Made by a program: the position numbers and the translations under genes. From IMG/VR virus record IMGVR_UViG_3300043486_000003, positions 1 through 48,673 of that record: a DNA stretch of 48,673 nt; one strand, written 5' to 3'. Shown here piece after piece: positions 31,812 through 40,876 of the stretch (position 1 is the stretch's first letter; each line of letters opens with the position of its first letter). This stretch comes from a virus. Under the pieces are notes generated by a model. It did no database searches and had not been told where the DNA came from. It worked only from the letters and a program-made list of their open reading frames with translations.

Positions 31812-32113
31812 TAATGTTGCGTACACTATTGGCTATTAGTGTTTCGTCTACTCCACCAACGTGGGCAGGAGTTATCACTGCGTTGGCCACAGTGATAACT
31901 GCATTAGGTGGTCTACTGGTAGCGCTTACCGTATTCCTTCCTATCCTACGTGGAACCAAAGAGAACAAGGTTGCTATCGGAGCTGTACATACTATCGTTA
32001 ACCAGCAACGTACAGATGCAATGAACTATCAGCGTGCACTGATCAAGGCACTACACGCTCACGGTGTGGAAGTACCAGAAGACCAATCAGTTAAGGAGAA
32101 TGGTAATGCGTAA
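31805..32113 (+). CDS. membrane protein (102 aa)
   Basis: This tracked ORF has a hydrophobic stretch GVITALATVITALGGLLVALTVFLPIL. Confidence 0.55.
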   Translation: MVIMLRTLLAISVSSTPPTWAGVITALATVITALGGLLVALTVFLPILRGTKENKVAIGAVHTIVNQQRTDAMNYQRALIKALHAHGVEVPEDQSVKENGNA

Positions 32114-32534
32114 AGTTGTTCTTGCCATCGGAGCTGCACTCGGCCTGCTTGTTGGTACAGCTGGAGTAGCCAATGCCAGTGACAACGTTACTGTCACCAA
32201 CAACTGTAACCTGTCAGCCAATTGGAAAGTACTGTTCTCTACTAACTATGATCACACTGGGCAGAAGCAAAGGTTTGGTCATTGGCTAGCCTATGTTGAC
32301 TATGTGGTCATCAACTCCCCAGGTCCAATCACTAAAGCACAAGTCAATGTCTATAGGTATGACGAGGATGGCGGCCCTGCGATCGGGAGTCCATTCTCTA
32401 TCCTTAATGTAGATGCTGGTAGGTACATCGCTCGGAAGGATCCTAACCTCGGTAACTCGTTTGGTATCTCAGTGCATGTATGGGCCGCTTCTGGTGCAAC
32501 ATGCCAGGTAGACATGGATCCATCTGGTATCTAG
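32106..32534 (+). CDS. small secreted protein (signal peptide MRKVVLAIGAALGLLVGTAGVANA)
   Basis: The ATG lies 7 nt after AAGGAG. It has a Sec-type signal with an ANA-S cleavage motif. The mature part is beta-rich with two Cys. Confidence 0.6.
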   Translation: MRKVVLAIGAALGLLVGTAGVANASDNVTVTNNCNLSANWKVLFSTNYDHTGQKQRFGHWLAYVDYVVINSPGPITKAQVNVYRYDEDGGPAIGSPFSILNVDAGRYIARKDPNLGNSFGISVHVWAASGATCQVDMDPSGI

Positions 32535-32536
32535 CT

Positions 32537-32671
32537 ATGGTCATCAATGATCCGAGGTATGCGCTAACCACCTGTGACCGGTGTGGTCTGGTGATAGGGC
32601 AGCACACATGCCCACCCAAGCAGACAACAGGGTTCTCCATCCCTGAGGTAGGAGACAAGGACAATGAGTGA
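32537..32671 (+). CDS. hypothetical protein (44 aa) with CxxC
   Basis: It is the internal ATG of tracked ORF 32480. The RBS is weak. Confidence 0.4.
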   Translation: MVINDPRYALTTCDRCGLVIGQHTCPPKQTTGFSIPEVGDKDNE

Positions 32672-32915
32672 CGTACCCATCACCTTCTTATTTATTGAGC
32701 CTATTGAACTAGCCCATAACCCCGATGTCTGTGGGCATTGCTACATAACCGCACGCCGGTTCGATGACTACGGTATCGAGTGGGTTGTGCTAGAATCAGA
32801 GGAAGAAATGCCAGCTCGATCCGTTTTGTCGAACGAAAAGCAAAACGATCGCGAAACTGGCAACTTTATAGACCCCGCCTCTGATTCGTTTATTTTTAGA
32901 GGGAACGTCAAGTAA
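32664..32915 (+). CDS. hypothetical protein (83 aa)
   Basis: This tracked ORF has an ATGA overlap with the upstream gene. Confidence 0.55.
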   Translation: MSDVPITFLFIEPIELAHNPDVCGHCYITARRFDDYGIEWVVLESEEEMPARSVLSNEKQNDRETGNFIDPASDSFIFRGNVK

Positions 32916-33352
32916 TGGCTAGAGTGGCGACGTGCGAGTGTGGTCTAGAGTTTGAGACTGAGGCGCCGAATCGTCGCCGCTGTTACAGGTGTTCTCCAGC
33001 AAGGTTGCCGATTGGGCACGATCCATCGGGGGGCAATGTTCTGCCGATTCGGCAGACTCCGCCTGAGCCGTCTATCCCTGCCGTACCGGACCAGCCGCAC
33101 GAGCCTGGCAATCACGAGAGAGCGGTCGTAGCGTTCCTTGAAGGCGTAGACAAGCTCGGGACGATTGAAGGTGTGGGAGCACTCGGGCTGGCTGTTGCGC
33201 TAGATGATCCCTGGTTGCCCGGTACACAGCGTGCCAGCATGCTTAAGCAGATGATGGTGATGATTGAGCAGCTTCGGGCAGAGATACCTGAGGAAGAGGA
33301 CAATACCGAGCGGATTAAACAGGAAATCATAGCTAAGATGCGTGGTGCGTAG
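32915..33352 (+). CDS. probable small terminase subunit
   Basis: It lies immediately upstream of, and overlapping, the large terminase. It has an N-terminal zinc ribbon (CECG...CYRC). The call is positional. Confidence 0.45.
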   Translation: MARVATCECGLEFETEAPNRRRCYRCSPARLPIGHDPSGGNVLPIRQTPPEPSIPAVPDQPHEPGNHERAVVAFLEGVDKLGTIEGVGALGLAVALDDPWLPGTQRASMLKQMMVMIEQLRAEIPEEEDNTERIKQEIIAKMRGA

Positions 33353-34896
33353 TGTCGGTCATGTCTCCGCGAGCTGTTCAGCTTCCCAGTACATTGTGGG
33401 TACCGGATCGGTTAGGTACTTATGGTCCGGAAGTCAATGATTTTGGGAACTCGTATGGAATCAGGCGGGATGCCGAACAGCGCCGGGACATCGACTGTAT
33501 GGCATCGTACGGTCCGGCTGGTAAGTGGCTGGCACTAGAGACTGCGATCATTGAAGGCAGACAGAACGGGAAGACTAAATCTGTTCTGTTGACTATGGCG
33601 CTCGCAGACCTATTTCTGTTCAATCTAGAACCGGACAGAATAGTGTGGACTTCTCACATTATGAAGACAACTCTAGATGTATTTGAAGTAGTTAAGAAGA
33701 TAATCAATAGCTATAGCGACCTTTCCCGTAGAGTTAAGTTCATCAATGAGTCCAAGTCTGAGGAATCCATCGTTTTGATGGATGGCTCTCAGATGGATTT
33801 CATTGCGCGGGGGGACAACAAGGGTAGAGGGTTGTCCGGTAAGCGAGTGGTGTTCGACGAGGCTATGTTCCTGGTGCTGGCTATGATGGGTGCGTTGATG
33901 CCTACCCTTTCGGCTAGGTACAACCCCCAGCTCAGTTATGGTTCTAGTGCTGGTAAGCCGGAATCAGATTTCCTCAGGTCGTTGCAGAAGCGGGGACGTC
34001 GCGGCAATGATCCGTCTTTGATTCTGATCGAGTACCGGGCGCCGGGTGGATGGGACAACCCTCCATGTGGTCGAGGGCTAGACTGTGACCACATTTTCGA
34101 GAATCCTCAAAATGAGGTATGGGACAGGGCACACAGATATTTTGGGTGCGCTATGGACAAAGAAGAGCATTGGATGATGGCTAACCATGCTATTCTCGCC
34201 GGACGTATTCAAATATCATTCATCCGTGCGGAGCGCAGGACGCTTTGCCAGAACCTGAAAGGGGTACTTGAGTTTGGCCGTGAACGAATGGGTTGGGAAG
34301 AGCTCGGAGAAAATACGCTTGACCCCGATCGGATTCCTAAATCGTTATGGGAACGTCAGTTTGACGACAATTCGGAAATTGAGGGAAGGGTCTGCTTTGC
34401 GCTTGACATCCCTCCATCGGCCGGATCGGCAACCATCTGTGTCGGCGGGCGACGGCCGGACGGAGATATCCACTTTGGGGTAGTCGATCAGCGATCGGGT
34501 ATCATGTGGGCACCTGATCGACTCAAAGAGCTGACCAGTAACCACGAGACCATGTGCCCCCCGCTGTGGACTCCCAATGCGGCGGTTCCGGTGGGCGCCA
34601 TGCGAGAGGCGTTACGCAAGGCACGAGTGCCTATGGAAGACGTAAGCCAGCAGGGATACGCAGAAGCCTGCGGATCACTGAAAGCGCATATCGATACCGG
34701 CGATGTCTGGCACCGGAGGCAGCAATCGTTGGACACTGCTTTTGAGGCACACGTCCGGCGAGTGCAGATCGAAGGTGGCTGGACTTTTGCTCGCCGTCAC
34801 TCAGCGGGGGACATCTCGCCTATGGTAGGTAGTGCTCTGGTAGTGCAGGGTGTGGATAAATATGGGGCTACTCAGCCCGGTGCATGGATTCTGTAA
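33352..34896 (+). CDS. terminase large subunit
   Basis: The Walker A-like motif is GRQNGKT and Walker B is RVVFDEAMF. The size and position fit a large terminase. An alternative ATG lies at 33361. Confidence 0.9.
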   Translation: MSVMSPRAVQLPSTLWVPDRLGTYGPEVNDFGNSYGIRRDAEQRRDIDCMASYGPAGKWLALETAIIEGRQNGKTKSVLLTMALADLFLFNLEPDRIVWTSHIMKTTLDVFEVVKKIINSYSDLSRRVKFINESKSEESIVLMDGSQMDFIARGDNKGRGLSGKRVVFDEAMFLVLAMMGALMPTLSARYNPQLSYGSSAGKPESDFLRSLQKRGRRGNDPSLILIEYRAPGGWDNPPCGRGLDCDHIFENPQNEVWDRAHRYFGCAMDKEEHWMMANHAILAGRIQISFIRAERRTLCQNLKGVLEFGRERMGWEELGENTLDPDRIPKSLWERQFDDNSEIEGRVCFALDIPPSAGSATICVGGRRPDGDIHFGVVDQRSGIMWAPDRLKELTSNHETMCPPLWTPNAAVPVGAMREALRKARVPMEDVSQQGYAEACGSLKAHIDTGDVWHRRQQSLDTAFEAHVRRVQIEGGWTFARRHSAGDISPMVGSALVVQGVDKYGATQPGAWIL

Positions 34897-34911
34897 AGTG
34901 GAGGTAAGCGC

Positions 34912-36240
34912 GTGAAACTTTGGGATAGGTTGGTTACGCGCTTCACAGGTCGGGGTATTGAACCATCGGGTGCTGCTATTCTCACAACATCTTATGGAAT
35001 GAATGGTAATGAACAAATATTCCCAACCATTGTAAGTTCAGCTAAAGAAGCGTATTACGGTAACGCAGTTGTGTTCGGTGCTGTTCTAGCTAGGCTTTCA
35101 CTGTTCAGTGAGGCGACACTAGTGTTCCGATCGTTGACCGACAAAACAACGTTTGGTAAAAATGAAGTAGATGGTAGACGTAACACGGCACTGCGTAAGT
35201 TTGAAAAGCCTTGGCCTAATGGAACAATCGGTGAACTGCTTGTCAGGATGATTCAGGATGCCGATCTAGCTGGCAACGCGTACATCTGGGACGCAGGGGA
35301 TCAGCTTGTCCGACTCCGGCCAGACTGGGTAACGATCATCTCTGAGCTGACATCGGACCCTCTTGGACGTCAGTACCGAAAAGTTGTCAGTTACTGGTAC
35401 GAGCCTCCCCAGGGGGTTTGGTGGGCCGGTGACCCGATGATGCTGCTTGTTGATGAAGTAGTGCACTGGGCACCAAATCCCGATCCTGAGGCTAACTTTC
35501 GTGGAATGTCCTGGCTGACTCCAATCATTAGAGAAGTCTGCGCCGACAACGCCATGACACAATACAAGATCGATTACATGAATAACGCTGCCAGCCCTAA
35601 CCTTTTGATCAAATATGCTCAGCAGATTGACCAGGGTGTGGTCAACAAGATCCGAGACCGGGTCATAGACACCCACACCGGAGTCGGAAACGCCTTTAAG
35701 ACACTGATTCTTGATGAAGGTGCAGACGTCACAGTCATCGGAAACACGCTTGAACAGATCAATTTCAGTACTGTGCAGGCAGCCGGGGAGAACCGGATCA
35801 TTATCGCCTCAGGCGTGCCAGGGATCGTCATCGGCACCAAAGAAGGGTTGATGGCGGCAACCTACTCAAACTACGAACAGGCTATGCGTAGGTTCGCCGA
35901 TGTCACTATGCGTCCGCTATGGCGCTCTGCCTGTGCAGCATTGGCTAACATCGTGAATGTGCCTGACGGGTACCAGCTTTGGTTCGATACCAACGATATC
36001 GCAGCCCTTCGCCAGGGGGACAAGGAACGGGCCGACACCATGCTTGTGCTGTCTCAGGCAGCAGCTGCGTTGGTAGAGAAGGGGTTTGAACCTAAGTCTG
36101 TAGTTGCAGCTCTGGACTCGGGGGACTTCTCTATCCTCAAGTTTGACAAGAAACCTGAACCTCCTACTCCTCCACCGACAATTCAGACAGGTTCACCGGA
36201 GCTTAACGGAACTGTAAAACCCGAGAAGGTGGCAGCATGA
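34912..36240 (+). CDS. portal protein (HK97 family)
   Basis: The GTG start follows GGAGG. DADLAGNAYIW and the overall layout are typical of HK97-type portals. Confidence 0.9.
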   Translation: MKLWDRLVTRFTGRGIEPSGAAILTTSYGMNGNEQIFPTIVSSAKEAYYGNAVVFGAVLARLSLFSEATLVFRSLTDKTTFGKNEVDGRRNTALRKFEKPWPNGTIGELLVRMIQDADLAGNAYIWDAGDQLVRLRPDWVTIISELTSDPLGRQYRKVVSYWYEPPQGVWWAGDPMMLLVDEVVHWAPNPDPEANFRGMSWLTPIIREVCADNAMTQYKIDYMNNAASPNLLIKYAQQIDQGVVNKIRDRVIDTHTGVGNAFKTLILDEGADVTVIGNTLEQINFSTVQAAGENRIIIASGVPGIVIGTKEGLMAATYSNYEQAMRRFADVTMRPLWRSACAALANIVNVPDGYQLWFDTNDIAALRQGDKERADTMLVLSQAAAALVEKGFEPKSVVAALDSGDFSILKFDKKPEPPTPPPTIQTGSPELNGTVKPEKVAA

Positions 36241-37013
36241 GTGACGACTTAAGCGTACGTCAGTGTGAACGTACGTATTTGCTTGAAGATATGACTTTAC
36301 GGTCTGACGGATCGGGCCGAGTAGTCGAAGCTTATGCAGCTGTGTTTAAGAAGCCTACTGAAATTCGGGATCAAGACGGGCATTACAATGAAGATCTAGA
36401 CCCGAGTTCGTTTAACCGGACTATCAGCCATAAGGGTACTAATTTCGGTGTTCTGTTCAATCATGCGCGTACGGTGGATGGTGGCCCGAATCCTGTTGCT
36501 TCGATGCCTATTGCTGTTCCTCTTGAAGTAAAATCGGATGAGTACGGAGTTTTCACCGCTAGCCGGTACCTGAACAATCCACTTGCGGACTGGACTCTAG
36601 ATGCTATCAAGCAGGGTGCAATCAAGGCACAGTCTTTCTCTGGTAAATTTTTAAGGTCTGCTAAATCATACCCTCAAGGTAGGTCAAATGGTCTTCCTCT
36701 GATTACCAGGCAAGAGGTAAACATGCGCGAGTACGGTCCGGCCGTGTTCGCGGCCTATGCCGATGCAGCCATCCTAGGCACCAGGTCAGCGGACCTGTTC
36801 GTTCGGGCACTGCTCGCCACAGCTCCGGAGAAGCGCGTAGAGTGGCTACAGCAGTTCGAGATGGGGACCGCTCTACAGGACTCGGCCCTACCTCTCATTG
36901 GCACTCCCCCGGGACTCGCCGGATCGCAGACCGCAGACACGCAGACGCACTCTGCCCGGTCGCAGCAGATTCGCGAGCGCATCCAAGCGTTTCGGGAGAA
37001 GACCAAATCATGA
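36237..37013 (+). CDS. capsid maturation (prohead) protease, HK97 family
   Basis: It has an ATGA overlap with the portal gene. It carries the GVLFNHAR motif and lies between the portal and capsid genes. Confidence 0.85.
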   Translation: MSDDLSVRQCERTYLLEDMTLRSDGSGRVVEAYAAVFKKPTEIRDQDGHYNEDLDPSSFNRTISHKGTNFGVLFNHARTVDGGPNPVASMPIAVPLEVKSDEYGVFTASRYLNNPLADWTLDAIKQGAIKAQSFSGKFLRSAKSYPQGRSNGLPLITRQEVNMREYGPAVFAAYADAAILGTRSADLFVRALLATAPEKRVEWLQQFEMGTALQDSALPLIGTPPGLAGSQTADTQTHSARSQQIRERIQAFREKTKS

Positions 37014-37022
37014 GAGGTAATT

Positions 37023-38564
37023 ATGAAGTATCCAATTCTATTGGGTGGTGTGGACGTTTTTGCGCGTAACCGCGCCATCTACGGTAATTCCCGTATGGAT
37101 GCCACGGTTGTTCGTACGGGTAGCCGACTAGAGCAGATTCGTACCCGTCAGGCTGAAATCGCTCAAGCTCTCGGCGACCTTGAAATCGTTGATGCGCCTT
37201 CTGAAGATGAAGTACTCCGTACCGATGCTCTGATTCAGGAAGCAGAGGAGTTGATCGAAGAGGCTGAGCCGCTCCAGTCTCGTCAGGATCGGATCACTGA
37301 GGTTCGTGAGCGGATGGCCCAGGATCGGGCGCATGGTGAGGAAGGCTCGGACCGTATCCGGCAAATGTCCGGATCAGCTGGCCCGGAATTCCGTACCCGT
37401 GTCGACCCATGGGCCGATCAGGAAAATGTTCGTAGTGGTCTGATCGCTCCGGCTGACCTTAGGAGTCGGGCTGACGCCGCAATCGAGCAGTTTTCTAAGA
37501 GGGGAGATTTCTATTCTCTAGAAGACAATGCGGCAGAAGAGGTTACCCGGAAGCTTCACAAGCTCGGCGACAAGTTCGGTTCTGCCTTCTCCCGGATGAT
37601 TCTCGACACCGGACGTCCGGAGTACCTCCGCGCATTCGAGCAGTACCTGAACGATCCGACCGGGTACAGCTCTCGTGCAGCTCTTTCGCTGACGTCGGCA
37701 AACGGTGGATATCTCGTTCCGTTCACGCTCGATCCCACCATCATCCTGACGAACAACGGCGTTGCCAACCCCTTCCGGGACAATGCCACTATCAAGACCA
37801 CGACTACCAATGACTGGAACGGCGTCACGTCGGCCGGTGTAACGGCTGAGTGGACAGCTGAGGGCATTGAAGCTGCCGACGCTAGTCCTACTGTCGGTCC
37901 GTTGAAAGTCACCCCTCAGAAGGCCGATGCGTACCTGTTCGGTTCGTATGAAGTCTTGGGAGACAGTGACTTTGCTTCGCAGCTTCCGATGCTTCTTGCC
38001 GATGCTAAGTCTCGGTTGGAAGAGAACGCTTTTGCTGTTGGTACCGGGACACTCCAGCCCTGGGGAGTCATCACTCGCGGTACTTTGAGTACGCAGGCGG
38101 CTGGCTCGCTAACTATCTGGAACACTGGCGGAGCTCCGGTTCTGCCGTATGTTATGGCGCTTATTGGAGTTATGCCCGCTCGTTGGCGTGGGCCGAACTC
38201 TCGGCCAGTGTTCCTAGCATCGCTGCCAGTTATCAACCAGTTGCGGACTATTCCTAAGTTCGCATTGTCAACCGAGTCTATTGTCAACGACAATGGTCCA
38301 GTACCCACTATTATGGGTGTGCCGCTACTGGAATCAACTTCGATGGTGGGTAACCCAGCAGTTAACCTTTCTAAGGTTCTGGCTTATGTGGATATGCGTC
38401 AGTACTACATCGTTGACAGGGTGGGTATGTCTGTGGTTTATGACAACCTGGTGCTAGGGGCTAACCGCCGTCCAACAGGGCAGGGTGCTTGGTACGCGTT
38501 CTGGCGCACGGGTGCTGACATTTCGGTCGCTACTGCTGACCGAGTGCTTCAAGTCATCACGTAA
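37023..38564 (+). CDS. major capsid protein (HK97 fold) with N-terminal coiled-coil delta domain
   Basis: The N-terminal ~120 aa are a charged coiled coil. NGGYLVP and the size (513 aa) are typical. Confidence 0.9.
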   Translation: MKYPILLGGVDVFARNRAIYGNSRMDATVVRTGSRLEQIRTRQAEIAQALGDLEIVDAPSEDEVLRTDALIQEAEELIEEAEPLQSRQDRITEVRERMAQDRAHGEEGSDRIRQMSGSAGPEFRTRVDPWADQENVRSGLIAPADLRSRADAAIEQFSKRGDFYSLEDNAAEEVTRKLHKLGDKFGSAFSRMILDTGRPEYLRAFEQYLNDPTGYSSRAALSLTSANGGYLVPFTLDPTIILTNNGVANPFRDNATIKTTTTNDWNGVTSAGVTAEWTAEGIEAADASPTVGPLKVTPQKADAYLFGSYEVLGDSDFASQLPMLLADAKSRLEENAFAVGTGTLQPWGVITRGTLSTQAAGSLTIWNTGGAPVLPYVMALIGVMPARWRGPNSRPVFLASLPVINQLRTIPKFALSTESIVNDNGPVPTIMGVPLLESTSMVGNPAVNLSKVLAYVDMRQYYIVDRVGMSVVYDNLVLGANRRPTGQGAWYAFWRTGADISVATADRVLQVIT

Positions 38565-38578
38565 AGGACTATGGTTTT

Positions 38579-38842
38579 ATGCTGATTAAGGTAGACGTAC
38601 CTATCCCTCTATACGTGAACTCTGAGCACATCACACTATTAGGGACAGTGTACGAATATCCCTATGGTCTTCCTGCTGTAGCTCATGCGGTTGCGTATCT
38701 GAATAGTAATAGCGGGTACTCCGTTGTCCGTATGGGTCCTGATCATGAAGATATCGAGGATGCTAGAGTTGATGTCGATGCTCTGGCAAATGTTCTTGGT
38801 GGCAGCATGGACCTTACATCTATTATCGCGTTCCCTGAATAA
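38579..38842 (+). CDS. hypothetical protein (87 aa)
   Basis: This tracked ORF has the RBS AAGGA. Confidence 0.6.
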   Translation: MLIKVDVPIPLYVNSEHITLLGTVYEYPYGLPAVAHAVAYLNSNSGYSVVRMGPDHEDIEDARVDVDALANVLGGSMDLTSIIAFPE

Positions 38843-38860
38843 TCGTTAGGAGAAACAGAA

Positions 38861-39421
38861 ATGGCCGAAGAAAACAAGCCACAGATCAAGCCAACAGCAC
38901 CGGCTAGGAAGCCTGATGCTGCGCCGAACCGGTTGACTGGTGACAGCTCAGGCGTGTTCGTGACTGATCAGGCCGACGTTTCTAGCGTCCCCCCGGTTGC
39001 TGGTGAAGTGCCGGACCCCCGTACTGCTTCCGATGATTTCGTGGAAGGGGATCAGGCAGGCTTTGCCGGAACGCATGGATTCGATGCTGACGGCAGTGTG
39101 CCCGTCGGCGCCGTGGGATTCGTTGACCCGAAGAATATTCCGGCCGACGTGACCACAGGAGTCCAGCCGGACTCAGGCGGAGACAAGCTGCTCGCAGCTG
39201 CTCAGGCGAAAGCTCCCAACCTGACACGGGCTTTCGTCCAGGCGTACGGTCTGACCGATCAGGACCTGGGTGCGATCGCTCGCGGAGAGGTTTCCCCACC
39301 CCCTGCTATCGGTCCGGCACACACGTCGGACCTTTGGCTTACTCCAGGTGGTTGGGTGTCGGCCCCTCCCGGCATCACCCCGGCCGATCTGGAAGCATCT
39401 CAGGCCGCTCGGCGCCGGTAG
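38861..39421 (+). CDS. Pro/Ala/Asp-rich, probably disordered protein (186 aa)
   Basis: This tracked ORF has the RBS AGGAGAAA. Its sequence is low-complexity. Confidence 0.6.
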   Translation: MAEENKPQIKPTAPARKPDAAPNRLTGDSSGVFVTDQADVSSVPPVAGEVPDPRTASDDFVEGDQAGFAGTHGFDADGSVPVGAVGFVDPKNIPADVTTGVQPDSGGDKLLAAAQAKAPNLTRAFVQAYGLTDQDLGAIARGEVSPPPAIGPAHTSDLWLTPGGWVSAPPGITPADLEASQAARRR

Positions 39422-39487
39422 CCCGTAGTCGACCACGGGTCAGGCAATCCCCTCTGTCTGGCCCGTGGTCCGGCCCTAAGGACCCAA

Positions 39488-40015
39488 ATGGCAATCGTTG
39501 CATCCGATATCGTGAAACGTTTCTCCGTTGTTGCTGGTACCGGCGACAGTTCAGCAGGAACAGCAGCTACCTCGCTCGGCGATCAGATCAGTACGACAGC
39601 AATCACCGATGCCACCTTGAACAACCTGTTCGATGACGTAACCGGAGCTGAAGCAGCTGCCGGAACTATTGAGTACAGATGCTTTTTCGTGCTCAACAAC
39701 CATGCTACCTTGACGGCGATCGGAGCAACTATCGCTCTGCTGTCTGAGACCGCCGGTGGTGGTGCCATCACGATTGCTACTGACAACATTGCGGTTTCAG
39801 CGAAAGCATCGGCGTCAGCCCAAGCTGCAACTATCGCTAATGAGACTGCGGTTCCTTCTGGCGTAAGTGCTTTCGGAGCTGGACCTTTGACGATCGGTGA
39901 TATTCCCCCCGGTCAGGTGAAAGGCATTTGGGTCAAGCGTACTGTGTCGGCGGGAGCCGGGGCAGTTAACCCAGACGGCGCAATCCTTCGCGTTACGTGT
40001 GACACTCTCCCATAA
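39488..40015 (+). CDS. Ala/Thr/Gly-rich virion-module protein (175 aa)
   Basis: This tracked ORF contains GTIEYRCFFVLNNHATL and GIWVKRTV. I could not assign a family. Confidence 0.65.
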   Translation: MAIVASDIVKRFSVVAGTGDSSAGTAATSLGDQISTTAITDATLNNLFDDVTGAEAAAGTIEYRCFFVLNNHATLTAIGATIALLSETAGGGAITIATDNIAVSAKASASAQAATIANETAVPSGVSAFGAGPLTIGDIPPGQVKGIWVKRTVSAGAGAVNPDGAILRVTCDTLP

Positions 40016-40025
40016 GGAATTTGGT

Positions 40026-40307
40026 ATGGCGCTTTTAACGATAGGACAGCACGCAGTAATGGTGTGGTCGAATGGGGATGTAGCAGAACGGGTTGCTCTC
40101 TACGCCATGCGCAAGATGACAGCTGGCGATACGCTAGATCTGTCGGCCGATTTCAATCCTCCGATCGTCGCATCCATCATGGGTGCAGCGGGTGCAGCAT
40201 CAGGACAGGCCGGAGTGATCTCAGGACTTACCGGTAACGTCATCACGATTCCGGCCGGACCGAACAACTCAGCTGGTTACCTTCTCGTGTTTGGGGTGCA
40301 CGCGTGA
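40026..40307 (+). CDS. hypothetical protein (93 aa)
   Basis: It is the internal ATG (MALLTIGQ...) of tracked ORF 39999, after TAAGGAA. Confidence 0.6.
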   Translation: MALLTIGQHAVMVWSNGDVAERVALYAMRKMTAGDTLDLSADFNPPIVASIMGAAGAASGQAGVISGLTGNVITIPAGPNNSAGYLLVFGVHA

Positions 40308-40864
40308 GCAACAACAGTTGGGTCGGCACTCTCGCCAACACGTCTGCCGACTCAACTGCTTTAACAGCTTCCGTAGCCGCAACGTCTATTCTCCATACAT
40401 CCGGCCGAGCGTTTATCAATCCGAATCAATGGAATGTCGGAACACAGTTGAGGGCAACGGCTTTCGGTAGAGTTTCTACAGTCGTTACTACTCCGGGTAC
40501 TTTGACCTTTGCATTTAGAGTGGGACCCACTAGCAATATCATTGCTTTTACAACACAGGCATTAGCGTTGGTTACAGCAGCAACTACAAACGTGTCGTGG
40601 ATGCTTGAACTGCTACTGACTGTCCGGGCTACAGGTAGCGGCACAGCAGCAAACTTGATCGGTACTGGTAGATTCGATTCCGAAATCAACACAGGCGGTT
40701 CCGCTGGCGTACAGATCTCGAAACTACTGCCAGCCTCTGCCCCGGCCGTGGGAACAGGATTCGATTCGACGGTAGCCAATGTCGCTGACTTGTTTGCCAC
40801 ATGGTCTATCAGCAACGCCAACACTATTCAGACACATCAGTATTCGCTAGAGCAACTGAACTGA
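40304..40864 (+). CDS. Ala/Thr-rich beta-type protein (186 aa)
   Basis: This tracked ORF has a GTGA overlap with the upstream gene. Confidence 0.65.
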   Translation: MSNNSWVGTLANTSADSTALTASVAATSILHTSGRAFINPNQWNVGTQLRATAFGRVSTVVTTPGTLTFAFRVGPTSNIIAFTTQALALVTAATTNVSWMLELLLTVRATGSGTAANLIGTGRFDSEINTGGSAGVQISKLLPASAPAVGTGFDSTVANVADLFATWSISNANTIQTHQYSLEQLN

Positions 40865-40876
40865 CATCGGTGAGTC

